IMG/VR virus record: IMGVR_UViG_3300020465_000091
Span: 1-25,054 of that record
DNA: 25,054 nucleotides
Origin: a virus
Taxonomy: Duplodnaviria > Caudoviricetes
Strand: one strand, 5' to 3'
Both the position numbers and the translations under genes were made by a program. How positions within the stretch are numbered: the stretch's first letter is position 1; each line of letters starts with the position of its first letter. Below the pieces are notes generated by a model. The model searched no databases. It was not told the origin of the DNA and saw nothing but the letters and a program-made list of their open reading frames with translations. This document shows, one piece after another, positions 9,102 through 16,440 of this stretch.

Positions 9102-11449
9102 TTGCCTTCAAGATTAGTTACTCGTGATCTAAGTGCAACATTCTCAGATTTAAGTTGATTCATCGTAGTCTCAGCATCTTCAATCTTAGTAATTAGTTCT
9201 TTAATTGCAGCAGTCAGCAATGGAGTAATTCTTCCATAATCAGCAGCTTGTGCATCAATAGAACCATCCTCATTTACTGCATCTTTTACACCATCAACTG
9301 CATCAGGACATACTGCATCCAATTCATGTGCGATCCATCCATCTACAGTTCCTAGTGCTGGATTATTTTTCCAAGTATGCCTAACAGGATTTAATTGTTT
9401 AACACGAGTTATACCATCTGATATTGAAACAACATTTTCTTTAAGTCTATAGTCAGAACTTGTGTAATAAGTTACATTACTTGAATTATCTTTAATTCTT
9501 CCAGTATTAGTATTGCTATTTGACCAGTTAGCAAAATATATATGATCTCCTGTGCTTCCTCCAGCACTAGATATTATCACATAGTTGGCAGTAGTACCTT
9601 GAACATTTAATCCATTAGCACTACTACTAGATGCATTTATATTGAAGTAACCTCCAGCAGGCCCTTGAGATGTTGTACCATAATAGAATTTTCCATCACT
9701 TCCGATGCGAAATCTTTCTGTCGCTGATGTACGAAATCTCATACTATTATCAGAATGATCATATGCAATTAATCCAGCACGAATTCCACTATTATCATCA
9801 TCACTACCTGAGTTGTCAGCAAATTGTATTTCTCCTGATTGATTTCCGTTAGAATTTCCTCTGATAATTAAAGTTGGTCTATTTGTTCCAGTTATCTGAA
9901 GTGCCTGACCACTAACGGCACTATTATTTAAACCAGTAGTCCCAAGAATTAAATTCCCACTTGAGTCGAGGCGCATTCTTTCTTGAACTCCAGTAGCAGT
10001 ATCTGGTCTTGTGTAAAATGTAAGATGTCCATCATCTTTATTACTAGCATCTGCACCAGCAAGTGCAATAATTCCAGCAACTTTGGTATTATTCCAGTAA
10101 GCAAATATTTCTCCTAGTCCACCACCAGCACTTGTGGTTGTTCCTCTTAATGCAATTCTACCACCACTTGTTCCACCGTCAATATGAATAGTTCCAGCAG
10201 TTGTATCAAGAGTTGTTTGTGAAGCACCAGTATATAATCTTCCACCTGAGTCAATGCGCATTCTTTCTCCAATACTACTACCATTATGAGTATAGAATGT
10301 AATTGGAGCACTACTATTAGGTGCTTTAATAAAGAACTCAGTACCTGAAACTCCTAATATACCTTTCTGTCCTCCTGCTTCATCATATAAATTAACTTCT
10401 ACACCATTACTATCAGAACCACTAACAAATAATCTATTGGTATTTTCTGCTGCTTTAAGCATCAATAAACCACCAGATACATCTCCTTGAGTGGTCAGCA
10501 TTGCATTGAAAATATTTGATCCACCGATTGATGTTGCAGCACTATTATTAGCAATTTTTATTCTTTGATTATTATTGGTTGATAATGATAAAGTTCCATT
10601 GGACACCACATTAACGTGTCCATTACCAGAAGAATCATGTCCTATATCAATACCAGTATTACTATTCCTATCACCAGCAGTAACTCTTACATAAGCACTT
10701 GTTGTATTAGCAGCATCTGGCCAAACATGAAGTAATTGTTGTGGAGATACATTACCTATAGCAACATTACCACTTGAGTTGATAAACATTCTTGTGGAAG
10801 TATTTGTAGCAAAATACAATCCATCAACATTATGTCCATAACTTATGAATCCTTTATATTCACCATCGCCAGAGGTTGCATCAGAAAAATAAATATTACC
10901 TGCACCACTTGTTCCAGATCGAAGTGTTATTCCAGTATCACCAGATGTTGCGATTGTTAAATCATCACCATTTGCATGTCCTTCAGTAGTGGTTCCTAGA
11001 AGCAATCGACCACTTGAGTCGATGCGAAGTCTTTCTGTTCCTGCTGTATAGAGACGCATATTACCCGTCTCTCTATTATTCAATAGAGTTTCAACACCAC
11101 TTTGATGTATGGTAAATCCATCACCAGAACCAGTTCCAGTTGTACTGTTTGTTATATGAACATAACAATCAGCATTAGCTCTATGAATATGAAGAGGACT
11201 TCTTGCTGCTGCTGTGGTTCCTATTACAACATCACCTGCTGATGTGATGCGAAGTCTTTCTGCATTATTAGTTCCTAATGTTATCGTATTAGATGATGGA
11301 CTGAATATTGATGATCCTGTTCCTACAGTAAAACCTGAGTTATCTACAAATGTTGTGATACCCGAAAACATCGGGCCGGAATCTGTAAAAGTTACAGTAC
11401 TTAAACCAGCTCGACTCTTTAAACTATTTGTACGTATCTCAGATGTCAT
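9098..11449 (-). CDS. Tail fibre with C-terminal intramolecular chaperone (Peptidase_S74-like), 783 aa
   Basis: At least six ERLRI/ERMRI-type modules. C-terminus has SSDYRLKEN...LNPVRHTWK...GWIAHEL...DYGRITPLLTAAIKEL followed by a coiled coil. Confidence 0.85.
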   Translation of the reverse strand: MTSEIRTNSLKSRAGLSTVTFTDSGPMFSGITTFVDNSGFTVGTGSSIFSPSSNTITLGTNNAERLRITSAGDVVIGTTAAARSPLHIHRANADCYVHITNSTTGTGSGDGFTIHQSGVETLLNNRETGNMRLYTAGTERLRIDSSGRLLLGTTTEGHANGDDLTIATSGDTGITLRSGTSGAGNIYFSDATSGDGEYKGFISYGHNVDGLYFATNTSTRMFINSSGNVAIGNVSPQQLLHVWPDAANTTSAYVRVTAGDRNSNTGIDIGHDSSGNGHVNVVSNGTLSLSTNNNQRIKIANNSAATSIGGSNIFNAMLTTQGDVSGGLLMLKAAENTNRLFVSGSDSNGVEVNLYDEAGGQKGILGVSGTEFFIKAPNSSAPITFYTHNGSSIGERMRIDSGGRLYTGASQTTLDTTAGTIHIDGGTSGGRIALRGTTTSAGGGLGEIFAYWNNTKVAGIIALAGADASNKDDGHLTFYTRPDTATGVQERMRLDSSGNLILGTTGLNNSAVSGQALQITGTNRPTLIIRGNSNGNQSGEIQFADNSGSDDDNSGIRAGLIAYDHSDNSMRFRTSATERFRIGSDGKFYYGTTSQGPAGGYFNINASSSSANGLNVQGTTANYVIISSAGGSTGDHIYFANWSNSNTNTGRIKDNSSNVTYYTSSDYRLKENVVSISDGITRVKQLNPVRHTWKNNPALGTVDGWIAHELDAVCPDAVDGVKDAVNEDGSIDAQAADYGRITPLLTAAIKELITKIEDAETTMNQLKSENVALRSRVTNLEGN

Positions 11450-11470
11450 ATTACTTTTTTAGTTATTTAT
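11450..11470 (-). promoter_or_regulatory. T4-like late promoter plus A-rich leader
   Basis: ATAAATAACTAAAAAAGTAAT-ATG, with TAAATA at 11464-11469. Confidence 0.7.
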
Positions 11471-11500
11471 GAAGACTGTAGAATGAATCTTTCATATCAT

Positions 11501-13297
11501 TTATGCTACAAAACCTTGAATATCAAAGGTTACAAAAATATCAGATGTGTATCCACTATTATTTGTAACTGTAACACCTTTTGAAGCTCCTGCAACTGTA
11601 AAACTATTTCCACCACTTGCTCCACCTTGAGTATTAAATGGAGTATTACTTACACCAGAATTAGCTGTTGCTCTCATCCCAATGAGATACATTTGTGTTG
11701 TCATAAATGTTGCATTAGAATCTCTACAACTAGTAATAATAACTGTACCTCCACCATAAGTGCTTGATGTTTGGAAAGTATAAGAAGCTCCATTTGCTAC
11801 TTCTTGATATAAAGTTTCTTTAACCTGAGTGTAATTAGCAGGAGTCTGACCCTTACGAGCCAAATGATGTCTTCCTACAGTTATAAATTTCTCGTCATTA
11901 GTAATACGCACTTTTTCTGTTGGTGTATCAGCATCTGCTGTAAAGAATCTAAGATCGATATGATTATTTCCAGAATTATTTACAGCCTGAATAGATCCAT
12001 ATCTAGTAGCAGATGTAGTAGGTGAAAATCTCAGTTCTTTTGTTGTGTTTTGAGCACTTGTATTACTTTTGAGGTGAACTACACCACTTGAGTCGATGCG
12101 AAGTCTTGTCCCTCCAGCATTAGTCTGAAAATCTAATGCATTATCAGTTTGTTGATATGCAATGCGTCCAATATCTGCATCACTTGAATCTCCAAAGTAA
12201 ATATTGGCAGATGAACCACTACCTGAAATTATTGATATTCCTCTATCACTACTTCCCTCAATTACTAAATCATCTCCTGCTGTATTTGCAGATGTACCAA
12301 TAGCACCTATTCTTGCACTTGTACCTAAATGTAAATTTCTCCATCTTGCTCCACTTGCTCCCAAATCTCTTACATTATCAGCATCAACTTTTGCATCGAC
12401 ATTAAATTGCACTTTACTAGTTGTGATGCGAAGTCTCTCTACATTATTAAGTGAAACTGCAAGAGTATCAGCTACTGGTCTGAATATTGCTGCTCCTGTT
12501 TGTGGTGTACTTATATTTCCACTAAAATCAATAAAAGCGGAAGACATGGTAAGTCTTCCATTACTCATTACTTTTATTCCATCATGTTGTATCTTAAATC
12601 TTTCTGTAGATCCATCTGAGTCATACCATTTAAAATTACCTTGATAATCAATTAGATGTCTTAATTTTGCATTAGCCCCTGATCCCCCCTGATCACCAGA
12701 AACATAAAAATTGAATCCTGAATAATTACCACCTGTTCTACATGCTGATATATGTACAATACCATCACCACTATTTCTTTCAATGATACAACCATCCACA
12801 TTTTTAGAAGTATTAGCACTTCCAAAAAGACCTGATCCAGACACATTAATACCACCAGTTACTGTTGCTCCCGAATTAGTTGTTTTTATTTTTTCATTTC
12901 CATAATGATAAAGTAAAGACTCACCAGTTGAACCATCTGCTCTAAAGTAGAGTGCTGTGCCACCACTTCCATCATCAGTCTTAATATCTACATCTTTATC
13001 ATTAGCATAGTTTGTTACTTGTATATTACCAGTAGTTTCAAAAATTTGTAGATTGGTTCCCGTATGTTTAATTGAACCATCATCATCAGTACCAAATGAT
13101 GCTTTCTGATTATCAGGTATGAATACTCCTTCTCTTGCTGTTATTATACCTACTGAATCTATATTCGTTACATCTTCATATGTTAATGTACCACCAACAG
13201 ACACATTTCCAGCAAAAGTAGCGATACCAGATATATTTAAATTATTTAACTCTGCACTGAGAGATTTTCTTATGTCTGTTAACTTAGAAAGTGCCAT
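11501..13297 (-). CDS. Tail-fibre-like protein, 598 aa
   Basis: GGTLTYEDVTNIDSVGIITAR head, ERLRI modules, and a GDDLVIEGSSDRGISI...NIYFGD module shared with 9098..11449. Confidence 0.75.
   Translation of the reverse strand: MALSKLTDIRKSLSAELNNLNISGIATFAGNVSVGGTLTYEDVTNIDSVGIITAREGVFIPDNQKASFGTDDDGSIKHTGTNLQIFETTGNIQVTNYANDKDVDIKTDDGSGGTALYFRADGSTGESLLYHYGNEKIKTTNSGATVTGGINVSGSGLFGSANTSKNVDGCIIERNSGDGIVHISACRTGGNYSGFNFYVSGDQGGSGANAKLRHLIDYQGNFKWYDSDGSTERFKIQHDGIKVMSNGRLTMSSAFIDFSGNISTPQTGAAIFRPVADTLAVSLNNVERLRITTSKVQFNVDAKVDADNVRDLGASGARWRNLHLGTSARIGAIGTSANTAGDDLVIEGSSDRGISIISGSGSSANIYFGDSSDADIGRIAYQQTDNALDFQTNAGGTRLRIDSSGVVHLKSNTSAQNTTKELRFSPTTSATRYGSIQAVNNSGNNHIDLRFFTADADTPTEKVRITNDEKFITVGRHHLARKGQTPANYTQVKETLYQEVANGASYTFQTSSTYGGGTVIITSCRDSNATFMTTQMYLIGMRATANSGVSNTPFNTQGGASGGNSFTVAGASKGVTVTNNSGYTSDIFVTFDIQGFVA
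13131..13198. repeat. 68-bp exact direct repeat, copy 2
   Basis: Identical to 151-218. Confidence 0.95.
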
Positions 13298-13318
13298 TAT
13301 ATCTTTTTAACTATTTAT
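13298..13318 (-). promoter_or_regulatory. T4-like late promoter plus A-rich leader
   Basis: ATAAATAGTTAAAAAGATATA-ATG. TAAATA at 13312-13317 includes the upstream stop codon. Confidence 0.7.
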
Positions 13319-13569
13319 CGAACTTCAAAATCTAATTTACGAATTTTACGTTGTCTTCTTTTTTCCTGCCACTGCATATCTTGTTCAGTAAATCCAATCT
13401 TTTCTGAAAATCTAGGAGTGTTCACCATCACAACTTTTGACATGTCACGAGCTGATATACTATTACCTCTCACAGTTGTCATATTTTCACAACCACAAGA
13501 GTATGTTTTACCAGCACAACCTATCACCTCTTTACCACAAGAACGACATCTTATTCTAATGTTCTCCAT
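13315..13569 (-). CDS. Hypothetical Cys-rich (zinc-ribbon-like) protein, 84 aa
   Basis: CRSC...C...CGC motif and a basic C-terminus, in the same orientation as its neighbours. Confidence 0.7.
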   Translation of the reverse strand: MENIRIRCRSCGKEVIGCAGKTYSCGCENMTTVRGNSISARDMSKVVMVNTPRFSEKIGFTEQDMQWQEKRRQRKIRKLDFEVR

Positions 13570-13607
13570 TTCCCAATTAACAATTCACACTCTCTCTTTA
13601 TATAGCA

Positions 13608-13793
13608 CTACCAATCATCATCACTATTCTGCGAATTAACAAATTCTTTATTTCTCATGCAATATCCATGAGTATCAATTTCCATTCTTAAGTGTGCACC
13701 AGTATGAAGACCTTCTATTAATGCAACGATTAATAGTAACATCACAGGTAACATCCATAAGGGATGGCTCAGAACTTCAGAAGTTTTTTTCAT
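13608..13793 (-). CDS. Hypothetical small membrane protein, 61 aa
   Basis: One hydrophobic segment (LWMLPVMLLLIVALIEGL), and it fills the gap on the coding strand. Confidence 0.6.
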   Translation of the reverse strand: MKKTSEVLSHPLWMLPVMLLLIVALIEGLHTGAHLRMEIDTHGYCMRNKEFVNSQNSDDDW

Positions 13794-13823
13794 TGCATTT
13801 TATGTACGGTGTAAGTATACCAT

Positions 13824-13852
13824 AAAAAAAGACCCCTGCAATGCAGAGGTCT
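13824..13852 (-). terminator. Rho-independent terminator
   Basis: GACCTCTGCATTGCAGGGGTC hairpin followed by T7, 28 nt after the 13880 stop. Confidence 0.8.
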
Positions 13853-13879
13853 CGATCCATCTCGAACTAGAGATATTTA

Positions 13880-14266
13880 TCAGAAGGTGAATTTAACACC
13901 TGCTTTTGCACCCCAGTTAACGATGTCGTCACCTGAAGAATCTTCATCAGTGATACCAGATAGTTCACCGTATAGTCCTACTGAATCTGTAGCAGCAACA
14001 GAAAGACCAGCCTTACCAGAGAACTCACCTTCAGAACCATCAGTTCCGTCTACAGCGATGAATGAAGGGCCACCTTGTACGTAGTAAGCTACTTTCTCAG
14101 AAGCGTCTCCTTCAAAGCCGATGTGAAGATCAGTTGTAGCACCAGAATAGTCTCCATCAGGATATGAGATATTGCTCTCAACATTCACGTAAGGGCCAGC
14201 AAATGCTGCACCAGCGAATAGGAATGGAGATGCTGCAACAGCAGCGATTGTTGACTTAATAGACAT
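13880..14266 (-). CDS. Small outer-membrane beta-barrel (porin-like) protein, host-like, 128 aa
   Basis: Signal peptide ending AFA, alternating amphipathic strands (YVNVE, LHIGFEG, YYVQGG, GLYGEL), and a C-terminal GAKAGVKFTF with terminal Phe (Bam beta-signal). Confidence 0.7.
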   Translation of the reverse strand: MSIKSTIAAVAASPFLFAGAAFAGPYVNVESNISYPDGDYSGATTDLHIGFEGDASEKVAYYVQGGPSFIAVDGTDGSEGEFSGKAGLSVAATDSVGLYGELSGITDEDSSGDDIVNWGAKAGVKFTF

Positions 14267-14278
14267 GTTTTTTTGTTA

Positions 14279-14384
14279 AGTATCTCGCAAGAAAAAATCC
14301 CTTGCGGATGATAGCACCCCCGACATGGGGTACTGTTTGCATTCGCAAAGGGTTACGATTCTTTCGAGTCCTTTGTACGATACT
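14279..14384 (-). ncRNA. Structured 5' leader RNA (four-way junction), family unassigned
   Basis: AGUAUC/GAUACU closes three arms: CAAAGG/CCUUUG (containing GACUC-GAAA-GAAUC), AGUACCCC/GGGGUGCU and CGCAAGGG/UUCUUGCG. It begins where the upstream promoter predicts the transcription start. Confidence 0.6.
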
Positions 14385-14417
14385 ATTTAGTATAACATAA
14401 ACTTATGTATATGTCAA
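14384..14417 (-). promoter_or_regulatory. Sigma70-type early promoter overlapped by a late promoter
   Basis: TTGACA(14417-14412)-17 nt-TATACT(14394-14389) with extended -10 TG. CTAAATA at 14390-14384 overlaps it. Confidence 0.8.
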
Positions 14418-14436
14418 AGGTAGGGATAACCCTACC
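14416..14436 (-). terminator. Hairpin after talC, possible terminator
   Basis: GGTAGGG-TTAT-CCCTACC perfect 7-bp stem at the talC stop, followed by only three T. Confidence 0.5.
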
Positions 14437-15116
14437 TATACAGGATCTGAATTAACAAGGTCATCAAGTCTTGATTTGACATCACTCCAATCCTTATCAA
14501 ATAATTCAACACCCTTTTCAGTAAGAGCGTGTCCATACATTTTATCAAAAATGATTGGAGGAATGGTAACAATATCTGCACCAGCTACAAAAGAATCAGA
14601 GACACTTTTTACATCACGAATTGATGCTGACAATATGGATGTTTTATAGTGTTGCTGTTCTTTATATAATGCTGCTATGTCACGTATCAAATCCATACCA
14701 TTCATTGAATTATCATTCAATCTTCCAACAAATGGTGAAACATAAGTTGCTCCAGCTTTAGCAGCAAGAACTGCTTGTGCTGCAGAGAATATAAGAGTTA
14801 CATTAACTCTTATCAATTCTTTTGAGAATTCTTTACAGGCAAGAAGACCTGCTCTTGTGCATGGAACTTTGATGGTAGTATTTTTTCCAAACTTCTTTGC
14901 TAGTCTAAATCCCTCTTGAATCATTTCAAAAGAGTTTCCAACCACCTCCATACTTATATCACGCACACCAAGATCAACAAGTTCTTGATATACGTCCTCT
15001 GGTTTTCTACCACTTCTCATTATAAGAGTTGGATTTGTTGTAATACCATCAACCAATCCTGTTGACCAGAAATCGCTTATGGTATCTACATCTGCTGAGT
15101 CAAGAAATATTCTCAT
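14436..15116 (-). CDS. talC: Transaldolase (TalC/MipB family), auxiliary metabolic gene, 226 aa
   Basis: MRIFLDSAD, GITTNPTLI, IKVP (Schiff-base Lys), VNVTLIFS, GATYVSPFVGR, ASIR and GADIVTIPP motifs. The start was reassigned from 15215 to ATG 15116. Confidence 0.95.
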   Translation of the reverse strand: MRIFLDSADVDTISDFWSTGLVDGITTNPTLIMRSGRKPEDVYQELVDLGVRDISMEVVGNSFEMIQEGFRLAKKFGKNTTIKVPCTRAGLLACKEFSKELIRVNVTLIFSAAQAVLAAKAGATYVSPFVGRLNDNSMNGMDLIRDIAALYKEQQHYKTSILSASIRDVKSVSDSFVAGADIVTIPPIIFDKMYGHALTEKGVELFDKDWSDVKSRLDDLVNSDPV

Positions 15117-15150
15117 AGAAGTAGGGTATCCTGTGTTTTTGAAATTTAGT

Positions 15151-15393
15151 TTATGCAACTTCAGTCGCTGCGGTTGTTTCTGGTGCTGCTGTTTCTTCAG
15201 CTGCTGGTGCTTCACCCTCTGCTTCTGCTTCTGGGAGTTTTACACCTGTCTGTTCAAGATACTCTATGATACCTTGAACTTTAAGTCCAAGTTCACGCTT
15301 TGAAGTAAGTTGTGCGTTGAGTTCTTGAATTTCTCTAAGAATATTTTCTCTCTGATCAAGCGCAGATTTTAAGTGTTGTTGTGAGTCTGTCAT
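15151..15393 (-). CDS. Hypothetical coiled-coil protein with acidic Ala/Glu/Thr tail, 80 aa
   Basis: Heptad-like N-terminal half and a low-complexity EAEAEGEAPAAEETAAPETTAATE tail. A sigma70-like promoter lies upstream. Confidence 0.7.
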   Translation of the reverse strand: MTDSQQHLKSALDQRENILREIQELNAQLTSKRELGLKVQGIIEYLEQTGVKLPEAEAEGEAPAAEETAAPETTAATEVA

Positions 15394-15428
15394 CTGTGTA
15401 AGAATGCGTCTAGTATATATACGATGTT

Positions 15429-15456
15429 AGTATAGCATGAATTTTTTATTTTTCAA
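15429..15456 (-). promoter_or_regulatory. Sigma70-like promoter for the 15393 gene and talC
   Basis: TTGAAA-16 nt-TATACT with TGn extended -10. Confidence 0.55.
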
Positions 15457-15459
15457 GTA

Positions 15460-15466
15460 CTAAATA
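15460..15466 (+). promoter_or_regulatory. Late promoter CTAAATA for the plus-strand cassette
   Basis: 22 nt upstream of ATG 15489 and back-to-back with the minus-strand promoter. Confidence 0.55.
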
Positions 15467-15488
15467 TTTACATATGGTAACGTTTAAA

Positions 15489-16004
15489 ATGAAAAAATTT
15501 TTACCTTTTGCGATGCTATTGATGGGTGTTCCATTTGCTACAGCTCACCCAAGTGCCCGTGCAGACATTACACATCGTATGTCTTCTAGCACTCAGTTGG
15601 TTACAAACGCTGCAGCTACACAAGTTCAAAGAATCGGTAGTACGTATAGTGCCTCTGGATCTGGTGTAACTATGGATGTTGGTGGTGGTAACTCTGCAGA
15701 CTTAAAAGTTGGTGGAATCGGATCACTTTCTTCAGGTGTTGGTCAAGGATCAATTGGTACAGCGACCCAGACAACTGCTGGTGGAGCATTCAGTTTTAGC
15801 CAGTCATTCATTTCTGGTGATGTAATTGAAACTACTGCACCTGCAGTTGGAGCAGTTAGTGATTACTCTATTCAAACTTCAACTGGTGTTGGTAGTGGCA
15901 CTGGTACAGGTACGGTAACTTCAGCACATACTGCAACTGCAGTTGGTGGAGGAACAGGTACTTCTAGTACAGCACAATTTGTAACCGAGCTCACAATCAA
16001 CTAG
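15489..16004 (+). CDS. Exported Gly/Ser/Thr-rich hypothetical protein A
   Basis: MKKFLPFAMLLMG...ARA signal peptide (alternative start 15474). The mature part ADITH...FVTELTIN is beta-rich. Confidence 0.8.
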   Translation: MKKFLPFAMLLMGVPFATAHPSARADITHRMSSSTQLVTNAAATQVQRIGSTYSASGSGVTMDVGGGNSADLKVGGIGSLSSGVGQGSIGTATQTTAGGAFSFSQSFISGDVIETTAPAVGAVSDYSIQTSTGVGSGTGTGTVTSAHTATAVGGGTGTSSTAQFVTELTIN

Positions 16005-16008
16005 AGCG

Positions 16009-16440
16009 ATGAAAAGGTTTATCCCTTTACTTTTATTACTAGGTTCAGGATCTGCTGTTAGAGCAGTTCCTGTGGTGCCAAATTTTACTCAGGGCTCAAT
16101 GACCAGCCACACTGAGACAACTAGCACAGTTACTGAGACAATTAATAGTATGGATTATGCCACAGGCTGGCAGTATACAGTAACAGGCACTGGTGTTGAA
16201 ACAAATGCTCCTCTCTCACCAGCAGGAACATCACAACATACAATTACAATAGACGGAGTGACTTCGACATGGAATGGTCTAGACATAGACAATCGACCAC
16301 AATTTACACAAACCACTGCGGGAGCAAGTTTTCAATTTTCCGAAAGTTACGCTGGGCCAGGCCTCCAAAATCAAACCCTGATACAGAGGACAACCACAAT
16401 AGAAAGCGTAACAGATACAACAAGCACCTTTACGCAATAA
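16009..16440 (+). CDS. Exported Thr-rich hypothetical protein B, 143 aa
   Basis: MKRFIPLLLLLGSGSAVRA signal peptide. Shares TQTTAG..F.FS.S with protein A. Confidence 0.8.
   Translation: MKRFIPLLLLLGSGSAVRAVPVVPNFTQGSMTSHTETTSTVTETINSMDYATGWQYTVTGTGVETNAPLSPAGTSQHTITIDGVTSTWNGLDIDNRPQFTQTTAGASFQFSESYAGPGLQNQTLIQRTTTIESVTDTTSTFTQ

Larger units (their letters stand above)
2801..12439 (-). repeat. Dispersed in-frame 15-27 bp motif, core GAAAGACTTCGCATC (ERLRI), 13 copies
   Basis: Cores (plus-strand GATGCGAAGTCTTTC or close variant) start at 2808, 3078, 6938, 7175, 7535, 7838, 9704, 9968, 10253, 11021, 11246, 12095 and 12425. More degenerate copies lie near 3291, 6615, 10781 and 11903. Confidence 0.9.

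Noticed and set aside
2801-12439. ERLRI DNA repeats as a CRISPR array or diversity-generating retroelement
   Set aside because: Spacing is 200-360 nt or more, irregular and inside coding sequence. No cas or reverse transcriptase gene is present, and there is no TR/VR pair differing at adenines (the 68-bp repeat has no mismatches).
2801-12439. Invertible shufflon (Gin/Cin/Rci type)
   Set aside because: All motif copies found are direct repeats, with no inverted silent fibre tips and no invertase in the window.
920-14084. Many plus-strand ORFs opposite the fibre and barrel genes (e.g. 920, 5513, 6909, 11214, 12204, 13119, 13887), some resembling one another
   Set aside because: They are antisense shadows of Gly/Thr/Ser-rich codons. 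Their similarity mirrors the minus-strand repeats.
14279-14384. tRNA or a known glutamine riboswitch
   Set aside because: No TTC(G/A)A T-loop, D-loop GG or CCA end, and I could not see the glnA/Downstream-peptide consensus. Kept as an unassigned structured leader.
15117-15215. 33-aa Q/K-rich N-terminal extension of TalC
   Set aside because: It overlaps the 15151..15393 gene in another frame, and the family starts at MRIFLD (15116).
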